Made by a program: the position numbers and the translations under genes. 64,000 nucleotides of DNA from Centroscyllium fabricii (taxonomy: Eukaryota): contig JBNRSN020000002.1 of NCBI GenBank assembly GCA_051313645.2, positions 344,286,001 to 344,350,000 of the forward strand, read 5' to 3'. The notes beneath the pieces are model-generated. The model did no database searches, was not told the DNA's origin, and was given only the letters and a program-made list of their open reading frames with translations. Shown in pieces: positions 1 through 13,275 of the stretch (its first letter is position 1; each line of letters begins with the position of its first letter).

Positions 1-282
1 TCCCTCGACCCCAATCGAGCCTGCACCGACACATATCCCACCCGATCCCTGTAACCCCACATATTTAATCCCCCTAACACTAAGGGTCAATTTATCCTGG
101 CCAATCAACCTAACCTGCACATCTTTGGACTGTGGGAGGAAACCGGAGCACCCGGAGGAAACCCACGCAGACACAGGGAGAATGTGCAAACTCCACACAG
201 ATAGTACCCGAGGCGGGATTTGAACCCGGGTCTCCAGTGCTGTGAGGCAACAGTGCTAACCACTGTGCCACCGTGCCGCCCC
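1..282 (-). mobile_element. HE1-type tRNA-derived SINE (V-SINE), 3' part beyond the window edge
   Basis: Minus strand starts GGGCGGCACGGTGGCACAGTGGTTAGCAC with a B-box GGTTCAAATCCC, then the core TGCGTGGGTTTCCTCCGGGTGCTCCGGTTTCCTCCCACAGTCCAAAGA. Near-identical copies at 5054 and 25643. Confidence 0.9.
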
Positions 283-1940
283 TGGCCAAGCTTCCCATAA
301 TTCTCCAACCATCTGTTTGTACTAGTAGATATGCAGCTGACTTTCTCCCAGTGTACAGCAGTGCTGCTTTCAACACATTGGTTTGCAAATTCAGTGAGAG
401 TTCTCCAGATCGCCCATCGTACCTTTAACGACACACCCGCGACACTTCAGAGAAACGTTGTAAACGGCTACTTTTATCCATTTATGGTATTTCTCCAAAA
501 GTTCTGCTGGTCTCCTGCTGAACTTAAGCCGAGAGACTTGGAGAACCATCACGTAATTCCAGGGGCAGTCACTACAATGTCCTCCCTTCACAAGAAACAT
601 TTTGCCTATGCTCACTGAATTCCCCAATAGCATGGCTGAGATTGGATTCTGGTGACGCATGGGTATAAACCTATATCCCATCATTCCGTGACACAGTGCA
701 CTACAGCATCACCATCCATGGGCCTATGTAATGTATAATACCCGTGGTTATAGCACTCTCATATTTGTGTGAACTTTAGTGCTGGGAAATGGAAAGCGAA
801 CTTCGCATCAGAAACTTCCAGGTCATGTATAGCATGGTTAGAGACGGAGTAAAGCTTCTGGTCAACAACGTGCCTCAACCTGAACTTCAGAACAGAGAAA
901 AAAAAGGAAATATTTAATTTGCATAGTGCCTTAAAGAACTCACCATAAAAGTGGAAGTTGTGCTGGTGGCAGAATAGTGAACTAATTGTTCATGATGGCA
1001 CAGCGGAGACTAGTGAGAAACACTGCTTTCTTTGATGTGGGCATGTGGAAGGTCCTGCTGTAGAAGGTGCCCCAAAGCAGAGTGGCTCTAAGTGGGTCTG
1101 ATGGGCACCATCTAAAGTATGAGTTCCACACATGGAAAGATGTTGCTGAACAAGTCAATGTAATCATCCTGTTCCCTCGGACCCGATTGTAAATGACGAA
1201 GCGGTTTGCTGCTCTCGGGAGTGAGCGAAGGTGAATGTGCTCCTCATTTTTTCACATATTTCTTGTGGGCCCATGAAGCATGCCAAAAAAACAAATCTGA
1301 GAACTCCTGCACCCTCTGGGAGGTACCATTTCAAGCATTGTGCACAACCATTGCCCTTTCATTGTTCTGAAAATGGATAGTACGCCTTTCCTGAAGATGG
1401 AGGCGGCAGTGAGGGACAGCAAGCAGAGGGCAAGGCTTCCAGGCTAAAGTGCTCCTCTGTTCTTAAAGATGTTCCCAGTCAGCACAGCAGCAATGGTTGC
1501 CGAGAACCATCCTGTTCTCCCAAGGTTCATTCACGCAGTGTTTCTTCTCCTACACATAATGCGGCCCCCATGTATTGTCAAACATTAAAGGCATCATAGC
1601 TGCTTCCTGGATAACAGCCACTGATCTGCACAATGACATTTCTGTGATCAGATACCACCTTAACATTAATTAAATGCAAAGTCTTCCTCTCCCCGAAGGC
1701 CATGGGGTTAAACTGAAGTCTATTCATGAACAATGTCGCAGGTGATCCATTAGTGAATTTTAGAAGATAAATCAGAGTGACACTAATTTTACGGCACTAA
1801 TCTGTTTAACATCTAAACAGTAAATTGTTTGTATATCAAAGAGAAGGGAATTCTTGTAGAATAATATAATCCATAACTTGCTGTACCGTGACTGGGCAAT
1901 GTGGATATCAATAATGATGGTGAACATCAATTAATACCTT

Positions 1941-2801
1941 GGGCCAGAAATTCGGGTGCCTCGCACCAGTTGCACCCGCACGGAGGGGGACCAATGTGCC
2001 CTGTGCGATGATCGCACGGGGCATGCCCATGGATCGGAGCTTTCCGATGCTGAGGGAGAAGAGGCCTCAGCATGGAACGCACAAAAGAATTGCACCCAAA
2101 AATCCCGATGTTTTTGGGTGTGATTCTGTGTGTTCATCTGTGGGCAAATGGGCTTGGAGCTGCACGGGAAAAAAGGAGTCGTAACCTGTGCGTTGGTGAG
2201 AGCAGTGCGTTCCTAAACAAGGTAATTGACTTTTTTACCTTTAATTTTAAGTTTTATCAATTTTCTGGAGTAATGTGGCCAGATCGCTATCATTAAATTT
2301 GGCTGTTAACGTTTTTTTTAAATGTTTAAAAATCCGAATTTCAATTGTTATACCTATTCCAAATCGCTTATTTTTAAATTTAAAGTTCTGAAATTTTTAA
2401 CTATTTCCTTAATTTAAAAAACGAAGAGAAAAAATCGCTAAGACTTACCTCCATTGAAAAGCTGCTCTGGCCGTGGTGCTCACTGCCGAGTCTGTGGGTG
2501 CAGCAGTGGGCGTGGTCCTAATAACGGCCTCACGTCCCTGCTCTCTAAGAAGTCCGACTGTGAAGCAGGGGGCGTTTTTTATTTAAATTAGGGATCTGTG
2601 TGCGGGGCATCACTGCCACGCACGCACGACGGCAGCGCATATACAGCACTCCTAGCGTGGCTGGACTGCCACGCAGCCCAGGAACGGGGCGGAGCCCACA
2701 GGAAGTTCTGGCCGTAAAAAATGTGTGATTCTGGTGCGGTGCTAAAGGTGTCCGCATGGTCCTTGCACCCGAACAAACCGGCAGACTGCAATTTCTGGCC
2801 C
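1941..2801. mobile_element. Non-autonomous DNA transposon (Harbinger-like MITE)
   Basis: TIR GGGCCAGAAATT at 1941 and AATTTCTGGCCC ending 2801. GC-rich ends around an AT-rich core, same layout as 34936-35680. Flanks CTT/CAT are only an imperfect TSD. Confidence 0.65.
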
Positions 2802-4804
2802 CATGTCTATTTATCCAACCTATGTAGCATGTACCTTCAAACAAAACTCTTTGGAAATTTGTTTTTCCACTTCTCTGCCCTCTTCCCCCTCAAAACAACT
2901 GTGACTTAAAGGAATTGTGTAGCCCTGCTTGAATTCCTCATTTATTGAATGGGTTAAAGGTTATCCATTGGAATCTATTTCTATCTAACAATAAATTACA
3001 ATAATTTATGTGGTATACACAGAATGCTTCATTGAGCATTTTATGTAGCAAAAGAAATACAAATTATTTCACAACTACTGAATCACGTTTTGCAAAGAAA
3101 TAAGTTAAAACACTATTATTATGCAAGCTGAGGCTTGCAGAAGTTGAATAAAGGCAGAACACACTCCCTAGTATCCTTTCACAATCAGCCCTGTTTGAAT
3201 ATAAGCTTAAGTAAAGGCTACAGGATTGAAATTCCACTCCTTTGTGGGATGGATTTATGGGGCAGGCACGTTGCAGGAACCATATTTTGAGTCAGAATCC
3301 AAATGTGTTGGGTTTTCACACCATTAATAATATCACAGAACATTCCAATAAAGATGTTTGTGCTTCTTATGTCCCATCCCACTTATGTTGGGGCAGCAGT
3401 TTGTGGCCATATCTAAGTGTGTTCCTGAGCTACCCTTAGATTCCTACCAGATGCTCCACTGCTAGGTCCAGTGGAACCTACGGTAGGGGGTGCGGTGGGG
3501 GATAGGGTGTGTTTCCTTGGGGCTTTTCCCACTCCACCTCTGTAACTTTGGTGGAAACTCCATTTACGTACTGACAGCAGGCATAGGCTCTGTCTGGGCC
3601 TAGTATAGGCCACAGCATTGAGGAATGGAATGGCAATTGATCCCAGACTGGGCCTACTGTCCTGGGGAAGAACTGGAAAGAAAATAAGCTCATCTTTATT
3701 TTCAGGCTGATTTGGCCGCTGGCTGCCACTCTCGGAGCTCAGGGGTCAAGGTGCCCCTACAGTAGTGGGTGCCAGCCCCTATTATTTATATGACCCCATG
3801 CCTAGGATAATAGATGGATTTGTGGCCAGGTCAAAGCAGCAAGTGGATTTTTCCCCCAGAACCATTTTTTTTTTACATCAGCCATTGCATCAATTTTCTC
3901 TTTATCTGAACCTGGCATTCAAACCAAACATTTCCCGATAATTGCAGATCATCAGTTACTCTATAAGTGACTAGCTTTCATCGCAGGCCCCTGCTTGAAA
4001 AAATGCAACATTTTTAAAATTTTTGACGCTTTTTGAAGTATAACAAGTAATATTAGACGTTTATGCAGTCTTTTTTTGAGTAAAACCAGGGTTTTACTTC
4101 AGACAAAACTTTGGGAAAAAAAACACACTGGAAAAATTAGCTTCACTTTTTTTGCAAAGTGGCTCTCTTGAGGATTCTCAAAGGCCCAGTTTTAAAAACA
4201 AAACTCTTTGCAATCTGAAACTTTCTCAAAGTTCGAGTATTTTCAACAGGAGCCGAGGAGCTGCTTTAAGTCACTTTGAAGCACTTCCTTCTATTTCGCT
4301 GAGGCTGCCCTCCAGCTCTTTTAAAAAAAGAGCTAAAGTACTTCACTGGAACTGATCTGCATGTTCAACAATGGAGGTTTTATTAGCGAGCAGAGTCACT
4401 ATTACTGCCCTTAAAGATCTAGTAACAGAGGTTAATGAGCAGGCCATGAATAATATACTGCAGCTTTCTTTCTGCCTGACTCTGTCATATTAATGTTGGC
4501 TATGCAACACGTATTTGGTGCATACCAGTGGTTTACCACTCATGCCCAGTGGTTTATGTCTCCATTTAGTTAGCACTGGAATTGTTAGAACAAGTAATTT
4601 GTTTATTTTTTATAAATCATCTGGCCCTGAAATATGTCCCATTTTAAAATTTAGAATTCTTTGTTCTAAGATTATGAACAAAAAAAATGCTAAGAATGTA
4701 TTATAGATGCAGATTCACATGAGGTGGCCAACCAGAAAACATCTCTTCCAATAAAATCCAGTAATAAAGATCCCATCAATTTTGAGCTGGACTTAGCCGA
4801 ACTG

Positions 4805-6394
4805 AGGAGGTAACAAGGAGGGTCGATGAGTGTAGCGCGTTTGATGTAGTCTACATAGATTTTAGCAAGGCTTTTGACAAAGTCCCACTGGTCAGAAAAG
4901 TAAAAGCCCATGGGATCCAAGGGAAAGTGACAAGTTGGATCCAAAATTGCCTCACAGGCAGGAAGCAAAGGGTAATGGCCGAAGGGTGTTTTTGTGACTG
5001 AAAGGTGGTTTTCAGGGGGCTCTGCAGGGCTCAGTACTAGGTCCCTTGCTTTTAGAAACATAGAAACATAGAAACTAGGAGCAGGAGAAGGCCATTCGGC
5101 CCTTTGAGCCTGCTCCGCCATTCAATGAGATCATGGCTGATCATCCAAACCCAGCACCCCGTCCCTGCCTTGTCCCCATATCCCTATCGAGCCTGCACCG
5201 ACACATATCCCACCCTATCCCCGTAACCCCACATATTCAATTCCCCTAACACTAAGGGTCAATTTATCCTGGCCAATCAACCTAACCCGCACATCTTTGG
5301 ACTGTGGGAGGAAACCGGAGCACCCGGAGGAAACCCACGCAGACACGGGGAGAATGTGCAAACTCCACACAGATAGTACCTGAGGCCGGATTTGAACCCG
5401 GGTCTCTAGTGCTGTAAGGCAACAGTGCTAACCACTATGCCACCATGCCGCCCCACGGTGGTATATGTCAATGATTTAGACTTCAATATAGGGGTATCAT
5501 TAAGAAGTTTGCAGATATTACAAAAATTGGCTGTGTGGTGGATAATGAGGATGAAAGCTGTCGACTGCAGGAAGATATCAATGGACTGTTCAGGTGGGTA
5601 GAAAAGTGGCAACTGGAATTCAGTCCGGAGAAGAGTGAGGAAATGCATTTGGGGAGGGCTAACAAAGCAATAGATTCACAATAAATAGTAGAAAACTGAG
5701 AAGTGTAGAGGAACAGAGGGACCTTGGAGTGTGTGTCCACAGATAACTGAAGGTAGCAGGACAGGTAGATAAGGTGGTTAAGAAGGCATACGGGATACTT
5801 TCCTTTATTAGCCGAAGTAAATAATACAAGAGCAGGGAGGTTATGCTTGAACTGTATAAAACACTAGTTTGGCCACAGCTAAAGTACTGTGTACAATTCT
5901 GGTCACCACATTACAGGAAAGACGTGATTGCACAAGAGAATGTACAGCGTAGATTTATGAGGATGTTGCCAGGACTGGAGAATTTTAGCTTTGAAGAAAG
6001 ATTGGATAAGCTGGGGTTGTTTTCCTTGGAACAGAGGAGGCTGAGGGGAGTATACACTTATGAGAGGCCGAGATAGAATGGATAGGAAGAACCTATTTCC
6101 CTTAGCAGAGAGGTCAAGAACCAGGGTGCATAGATTTAAAGTAATTGACAGAAGGATTAGAGGGGAGTTGAGGAGAAATTTGATTACCCAGAGGATGGTG
6201 GGGGTCTGGAACTCACTGCCTGAAAGGGTGGTAGAGGCAGAAACCCTAATCGCATTTAAAAAGTACTTGGATATGCACTTGAAGTGCTGCAACCGACAGG
6301 GCTATGGACCAAGAGCTGGAAAGTGGGATTAGGCTGGATAGCACTTTTTCAGCTGGCGCAGACACGATGCTCCTTCTGTGCCATAAATTTCTAT
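4805..6394 (+). mobile_element. CR1 LINE 3' fragment, decayed, interrupted by a SINE
   Basis: RT C-terminal motifs (LELYKTLVWPQLKYCVQFWSP, VWNSLP), followed by a TTCTATG-type tail. Confidence 0.85.
5054..5454 (-). mobile_element. HE1-type SINE, full length, nested in CR1
   Basis: tRNA-like head at about 5380-5454, conserved core, CR1-derived 3' end with (TTTCTATG)n tail. Confidence 0.9.
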
Positions 6395-7209
6395 GGCCAA
6401 AAAATTGGCACTCTAACGCCGACCGATTAGCGCCCAAAAATGGGTGCAAGAGGTTTTAGCGCTGGGCGCTAAAAAATTTGCGTTGCGCCCAAAATTCGGC
6501 AAGCGATTAGCTCTGACGCTAACTGTTAGCGTGCGCTACTTGGCGCGCCTGAATCCTTGCTGATATCCTGGTGCAACTCCCACCCGCAGGGCTGCACCAG
6601 AAATTGACGAGCGGCCGCCTAACTGATGCTCAGCGCTGCCAATGCCAGCTTTCACAAATGCAGCTGAGGTGATGTGGGGCCGCTGGGGCGTTCCTTAAAG
6701 GGAGACACTTCCTCCCTTTCGTGCGCTGGCCATTTTGTGGAAGATCGGAGACAGACAGAGGGATGTTAGGAGAGTTACAGAGAGAGACAGAGGGAGGTGC
6801 GGGGAGATCGGAGACAGACAGAGGGTGGTGAGGAGAGATACAGAGAGAGAGAGAAGCAGGTGAGGAGAGTTACAGAGAGAGAGAGAGGGAGGTGAGGAGA
6901 GATACAGAGAGAGGCAGAGGGAGGTGAGGAGACATCAAAAGCTGTTTCCCCTACCACTTTAAGAGCTGACCAGCGCCAGCATTGCTGGGAAGGCCAGGAG
7001 TGGCAGATGGAGCGCTGCGCCCGCGCTCGCCACTTAGCGCCTGAATATTGGCCGTTTGCACCCGTGCAATGTTTGATTTAGCGCTGCAATCTGCAAAGCC
7101 GGCGCTAAAGTGAATATCGGGGGCTCCGGCGCTAATTTGCACCCGGCGCTAATGTTAGCGCTGCGCCGAGGTTAGCGCTCCAAAACGTGCGCTGACCAAT
7201 TTTTCGGCC
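6395..7209. mobile_element. Harbinger-like MITE inserted in the CR1 tail
   Basis: TIRs GGCCAAAAAATTGG / CCAATTTTTCGGCC, 3-bp TSD TAT (6392-6394 and 7210-7212). Internal GCGCT-rich repeats and a GA-rich tract. Confidence 0.8.
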
Positions 7210-7938
7210 TATGATTCTAAGGAATAGAACACCCAGTTAAAGTGGGGAGAGAAATTATTTTTCAAAAATCTAGCAAGAGGAATGGGGATTTGCTTCTTAA
7301 ATTGCAGTGGTGATACTTAGGAATCTTTCTCCTCACTAAACTCACTAGCTCCAAATCTGACATAAAGGGGGTTAAACTGACTTCAATACAAAAGAAAATC
7401 CGGCGTGGTGTAATACAGGCTGCCAATTTGCTTTTAAGCCCCTTTCACACTACTGGCGGAGACCAAGTTCACCCCGAAAATATTCATGCCCTGAAATTTA
7501 GGTGGGTGACATGCTGTCGGCTCTCTGCCAATAGCCATCTTTGGTCAGTGCTGGAAACATATGGCACTGCCCATGCTTAGCTACCCTGCAAGGGAAATGC
7601 CTCAGCATTGTGTGGCAGCAACAATGTAAGGCTAAGCTTATATACTGTGCAGTGTGCTGGATTTAGCTTGTGGCATCCTGTTCTGTAACACCAAGCCTTA
7701 GTACTAGGTCAAGACTGGGGGTAAGGGTTAGGCCAAGAGTAAGAATAAGTTTTAGGGTTAGTGCTGTTACAGTCAGCACTGCTACAACTGCAACAGGAAA
7801 GAACTTTGAACCTTCCCAGAGATTAAAATCATGGCATTCAAGGCTTGTCAAAACCAACGAAAGGTATGGCTAAAGAATGTGTAGGATAAGTATGAAGTCA
7901 CACAACACCAGGTTATAGTCCAACAGTTTTATTTGAAA

Positions 7939-7975
7939 TCACAAACTTTCGGAACGCTGCTCCTTCGTCAGGTGA
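7939..7975 (-). ncRNA. Minimal type I hammerhead ribozyme-like motif (Penelope pLTR), degenerate
   Basis: TCAC-CTGACGA-AGGAGCAGCGTTCC-GAAA-GTTT-GTGA: core boxes, stem II and stem I present; stem III palindrome mutated. Confidence 0.65.
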
Positions 7976-8727
7976 AGTGAAAAGATGCATATAGGCACAA
8001 CATATATAGTCAGAAAACAATGCTAGATGATTACAGGTAATTTTTCTAACTGCCCTTTATCACACCTCGGCAGAGAGATAATCACCGCAATCAAAGGTGT
8101 AAATGGTGTCCAAACAGGTCAGTCAGCAAAACATTCCATCAAAGAACAATGAGGTGGGGTCACAAGAGAGCAAATGTTGCACATGCTGTATGAAAAACAA
8201 AAAACAAACAAAGCAATAAAAAAAAATGAAAAAGAAAATGGTGCGATTTGCTGGAAATCACAGCAGGTCCAGCCGCATCTGTGTAGAGAAAACAAGCCAA
8301 CGATGACTCTAAGTCCTCATGAGTGCGGAACTTGGCTATCAGTTTCTGCTCGACGATTTTGCCTTGTCGTGTGTCTCGAAGGCCAACTTGGAGAATGCTT
8401 ACCCGAAGATTGGAGGCTGAATGTCCTTGACTGCTGAAGTGTTCCCCGACTGGGAGGGAACACTCCTGCCTGGCTATTGATGTGCGGTGTCCATTCATCC
8501 GTTGTCGCAGCGTCTGCATGGTCTCGCCAATGTACCATGCTCTGAGGCATCCTTTCCTGCAACGTATGAAGTTTTGCTGACTGACATGTTTGGACACTAT
8601 TTACACCTTTGATTGTGGTGATTATCTATCTGCCAAGGTGTGATAAAGGGCAGTTAGAAAAATTACCTGTAATCATCTAGCATTGTTTTCTGACTATATA
8701 TGCTGTGCCTATATGCATCTTTTCACT

Positions 8728-8764
8728 TCACCTGGCGAAGGAGCAGCGCTCCGAAAGCTTGTAA
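8728..8764 (+). ncRNA. Minimal type I hammerhead ribozyme-like motif (second pLTR copy), degenerate
   Basis: TCAC-CTGGCGA-AGGAGCAGCGCTCC-GAAA-GCTT-GTAA: palindromic AGCT intact; CTGA box changed to CTGG. Confidence 0.6.
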
Positions 8765-8785
8765 TTTCAAATAAAACTGTTGGAC

Positions 8786-11700
8786 TATAGCGGCGCTACC
8801 CCGGAGAGCCACCAGGGCTCCCCATCTCAGGCATAATCGCCATGCAACGGCCGGTCCCGCCCACGTGGTCCGATTGGACAACCGGTTCACCAGCCTCAGT
8901 CCCTCAGTGGCCTAAGGAACTGCCACTCAGGTCGACTCATGCGCCCCAGAGTGCTTTGCGGATTCGCGGGCTTTTTCGAACAGTTTGTTCTGCTGAACCA
9001 TGTAATAAAGACCTGTTGAACTTGTGCTCCCGCACCCCACGTCATTTTACTTCGAAACGCGAGTAGGAAGTCTGCCGACTCCTACAATTGGTGACCCCCG
9101 ATGTCGGTTTCCAACCAAGCTGATTCGAACATGCAACCCGCGGCCAGCCAGACGCCAGCCGCCGAAACCGCGACCAACCTAACGCCGCCCGCCGAACAAC
9201 CCTGCATCCTCAGCCTCCCTGCCTTCTGGGAACACCAGGCTGCTGCATGGTTCCTCCAGGCGGAGACCCAATTTGATCTCAGACGCCTCAGCAGCGATGC
9301 CGATCGCTACCTCCTCGTTGTGGCCGCGCTGCCCAGCCATGTAGCAGCGGACATTGTGGATCTCCTGCGGCAGCCGCCGCAGGCCAACAGGTACGGGGCC
9401 CTCAAAGTACGCCTGCTCCAGGCCCACGACCTGCCCGAGGACGTGCGGGCCCGGCGGCTCCTCGACCACCCGGGGCTCGGGGACTCTACCCCCACACGCC
9501 TCATGAACAGGATGCTGGCCCTCCTCGGCGACCACAGAGACTGCCCCCTGTTCCGTGCCTTATTCATCAGCCTGCTGCCGCAGTCGATTCAAACGGCCCT
9601 GGCAAACTCGGAGGGCCTCTCCTATGCTGACCTGGCGGCCGCGGCAGACCACATCCAGCTCTGTGGGACCACGCGCAGGCCCACGCCACAACCGCAGGCG
9701 GGCCTGTGTTATTACCACGCGTGGTTCGGTCCCCAGGCCCAGTGCTGCAGGCTGCCATGCTCGTTCACACCCACGCAGGCCGCCGCAGCGCCACGCCGCT
9801 GACAGGGCCCAGCCGCCACCAACGCTGTTGGTTCGGCAGGGAAGTTGCTTTTCGTAATGGACTCCCTTTCGGGCCGCCGATTCCTCTGCGATACCGGCGC
9901 CCAGTGCAGCATCCTGCCAGCCACACACCTCGAGCGCCAAGCCGGCCCCACAGGCCAACCCCTCGTGGCAGTCAACGGCACAGCCATTACCACGTTTGGT
10001 AAGCGCCGGGCGGAGATCTGCGTCGGGGGGCAGCGCTTCACATGGGACATGGTTACGGCCGCTGTAGACCAGCCTATCCTTGGCGCAGAATTTCTATGCG
10101 CCCACGGCCTCCTCGTAGACATCCGGGGCAGGCGACTCATGGATGCTTCCACCTTCGCCTCCCTGCCCTGCCAGCGGAGCAACAGCACGCCCTGGTGAGC
10201 TCCTGTGCCGCACCCCCCGCGACGAATTCACCAAGCTCCTCGCCGAGTTCCCCACACTCACACAGCCAACCTTCTCAGCTGTGGAGGCTGAGCATGGCAT
10301 GCAGCATCACATCTGCACCATGGGCCGCCGGTCTTCGCCTGCACCAGGCGACTGGACCCCACGAAAATGGCGGCGGCCAAGGAGGAGTTTTCGGCCATGG
10401 AGAAGCTCGGCATCATCCGCCCATCCAACAGCCCATGGTCATCGCCGCTCCACATCGTCCCCAAGCCCGGCGGCGGCTGGAGGCCATGCGGGGGCCTACA
10501 GACGCCTCAACAACGCCACAACACCAGACCGGTACCCGGTACCGCACATACTGGACTTTTCGGCCAACCTGGCGGGGAAGTCGATCTTCTCCAAGGTCGA
10601 CCTCGTCCAGGGCTATCACCAGGTCCCAGTGCACCCCGATGACATCCCGAAGACGGCGGTGATCACCCGCTTTGGACTATACGAATTCCTGCGCATGCCA
10701 TTCGGCCTAAAGAACGCGGCGCAGGCATTCCAACGGCTCATGGACTCAGTCCTCCGGGACTTGCACTTCCTATATGTGTACCTGGACGATATTCTGGTTG
10801 CGAGCGCAGACAAAGTGCAGCATGCTGTTCATTTACGCGCTCTGTTTCAACGGTTGTCGCAGCACGGCCTGATTATCAACCCGGTGAAGTGCCAGTTCAG
10901 CTTCACCGAGGTAGATTTTCTAGGCCACCGCATTTTGGCAGCTGGCGCCATCCCGCTGCCGGCCAAGGTCCAGGCGGTCATGGACTTCCCCCGCCCCAGC
11001 ATGGTCTGGGCCCTCCAAGAATTCCTGGGGATGATAAACTTTTATCACCGTTTCCTCCCCGGCGCGGTGTCCCCCATGCGCCCCCTCTACGGGGCCACGA
11101 GGGGTAAAACCGATAAGGACACCCTGGTTTGGACCACCGACATGGCTGAGGCCTTCAGCCAAGCCAAATCGGCCCTCGCCGAAGCCACCCTGTTGGCCCA
11201 ACCCATCACGGGCGCCCCGCTGGCGCTCACCACCGATGCTTCGGACCACGTCATCAGCGCGGTCCAACAGCAGTGGGTCAACGGGTCCTGGCAGCCCCTC
11301 GCGTTCTTCAGCCGCCAACTGCGGAAGAATGAACTGGCATACAGCACCTTTGACCGGGAGCTGCTGGCCCCTTTCCTCGTGGCGCGGCACTACCGTTTCC
11401 TCCTCAAAGGCTGCCCGTTCACGGCCTACGTTGACCATAAGCCCCTCACCTTTGCGATGGCCAAAGTCTCCGAACCCTGGTTGGGGCGCCAACAGCACCA
11501 CCTGAACTTCATCTCGGAGTTCACGACCGATATCCGCCACGTGTCCGGGAAAGACAACGTCGTCGCCGACTGCCTTTCCCGGCATTTTCTCCACACAGTC
11601 CAGGTCGGAGTCGACTACGCCGACATGGCGCAGGCCCAACGGGCAGACCTCGAACTCCAGGCCCTCCACTCCGCGGCCACGGGCATGACCCTGGCCGACG

Positions 11701-13275
11701 TCCATTTCTACGCGGCAGGGACCACGCTGTTATGCGACACCTCCGTGCCCCAACCCAGGCCCCTGGTCCCCGCCACATGACGCAGGCGGCTTATCGACGG
11801 CCTCTCCCACCCGGGCATGCGGGCTCCCCAGAAGCTCATGTCCACCAAGTACGTTTGGCCCGGCCTGCACAAAGACGTGCGGGATTGGACCAACACTTGC
11901 CCCGACTGCCAACGGGCTAAAGTGCACCTCCACACCAAGGTCCCCCTCCAGCACTTCCCGGTCCCCGAACGCCGGTTCGACCACATCCACGTGGATTTGG
12001 TCGGCCCCCTGTCCCCCTCACAGGGCTTCACCCACCTCCTCACCATGGTGGATCGCACCACCAGGTGGCCCGAGGTCATCCCCCTGTCCTCCACCACCGC
12101 GGCAGATGTGGCCCGCGCTTTCATCTCCGCCTGGGTGGCCCGGTTCGCCGTCCCGTAGGACATTACCTCCGACAGGGCCCCTAGTTCACTTCGCAGCTCT
12201 GGGGCGCCATCGCCGCAGGCCTTGGCACGACCCTGCACCGCACAACGGCCTACCATCCCCAGTCCAACGGCTTGTGCGAGCGCTTCCACCGTGCCCTCAA
12301 GGCCTCCCTCTGTGCCAGCTTGGCCGACGCCAACTGGCTCGACAGACTCCCATGGGTCCTGCTCGGGCTACGGTCGGCCCCCAAGGAGGACCTCGGCACC
12401 TCCTCGGCCGAGTTAGTCCTGGGCCAGCCCCTCCGCATCCCCGGGGAATTCCTCCCCTCCGCCACCGAGGGTTGGTTGGCGGCCGAGCAGCTGGCCCGCA
12501 GCAACGACCCAGCCCACTGCCTGCTCCCCGCACCCACGTCATCCCACCGGCCCCGGTCAACCCATGTGCCCGCTGAACTGCGCCAGGCCCGTTTCGTCTT
12601 CGTGCGCCGGGATGCCCACCGGACGCCGCTCCAGGCACCATACACGGGCCCCTTCCGTGTCCTGGAGGCCGGGGACAAGGCCATCCTGCTCGCAGTCGGC
12701 GGGAAGAAGGACCTGGTGTCCATCGACAGGCTGAAGGCGGCACACATGGGCCCCACCCTGTCCGACCCATACCCCCCGGCCCCCCATGTGGGGTTGGTAC
12801 TCCCCGCCGACGAGCCCACACCCGTCCAACCCCCGGCCCCCCTTCCCCCCCGCCCTCACCGCCTCTGGCGGCCACGCCAGCCCCGCCCGCCGCGGCCACG
12901 CCCCGGCTGGATCCCATCCCCATCCGTGACACGCCCGTGGTCTGCCACACGCGCTCCGGCCGCCTGGTCAGACCTCCCCGCAGGCTGACCTTCCATGTGC
13001 ATGGGGCTCCCCCTCTCAGGCATAATCGCCATGCAACGGTCAGTCCCGCCCACGCGGTCCGATTGGACAACCGGTTCGCCAGCCTCAGTCCCTCAGTGGC
13101 CTAAGGAACTGCCACTCAGGTTGACTCATGCGCCCCAGAGTGCTTTGCGGATTTGCGGGCTTTTTCGAACAGTTTGTGCTGCTGAACCATGTAATAAAGA
13201 CCTGTTGAACTTGTGCTCCCGCACCCCACGTCATTTTACTTCGAAACGCGAGTAGGAAGTCTGCCGACTCCGACA
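8786..13275 (+). mobile_element. Gypsy LTR retrotransposon, CsRn1 clade (copy 1, decayed)
   Basis: 5' LTR 8786-9086; 3' LTR about 13004-13275 with its 5' end deleted; 4-bp TSD GGAC; PBS TGGTGACCCC (tRNA-Trp); CHCC Gag knuckle CYYHAWFGPQAQCCRLPC. Confidence 0.93.
9101..12988 (+). pseudogene. gag-pol of CsRn1 copy 1, with stops and frameshifts
   Basis: Gag LPAFWEHQAAAWF, protease FLCDTGA, RT YLDD, RNase H TTDASD, integrase HPG..CPDC and HVDLVGP, split over several ORFs. Confidence 0.9.

Noticed and set aside
210-282. tRNA gene
   Set aside because: A/B boxes belong to the SINE head and run into the SINE core; same at about 5380-5454 and 25975-26048.
1381-1599. About 72-codon open frame on + after a possible AG (YAFPEDGGGSEG...)
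   Set aside because: Weak acceptor, no recognisable homology, no partner exons.
7663-7873. Alternating V/R ORF and GGTTAG-like hexamers (interstitial telomere?)
   Set aside because: Too short and degenerate; low complexity.
9800-9805. In-frame TGA between gag and pol of CsRn1 copy 1 as programmed readthrough
   Set aside because: The element has several other stops and frameshifts; CGA to TGA decay is simpler, and copy 2 is open here.
10920-13070. Long antisense and alternative-frame ORFs over Gypsy pol
   Set aside because: Expected in GC-rich coding sequence; no motifs. The same applies to those at 41.9-44.9 kb and 48-61 kb.
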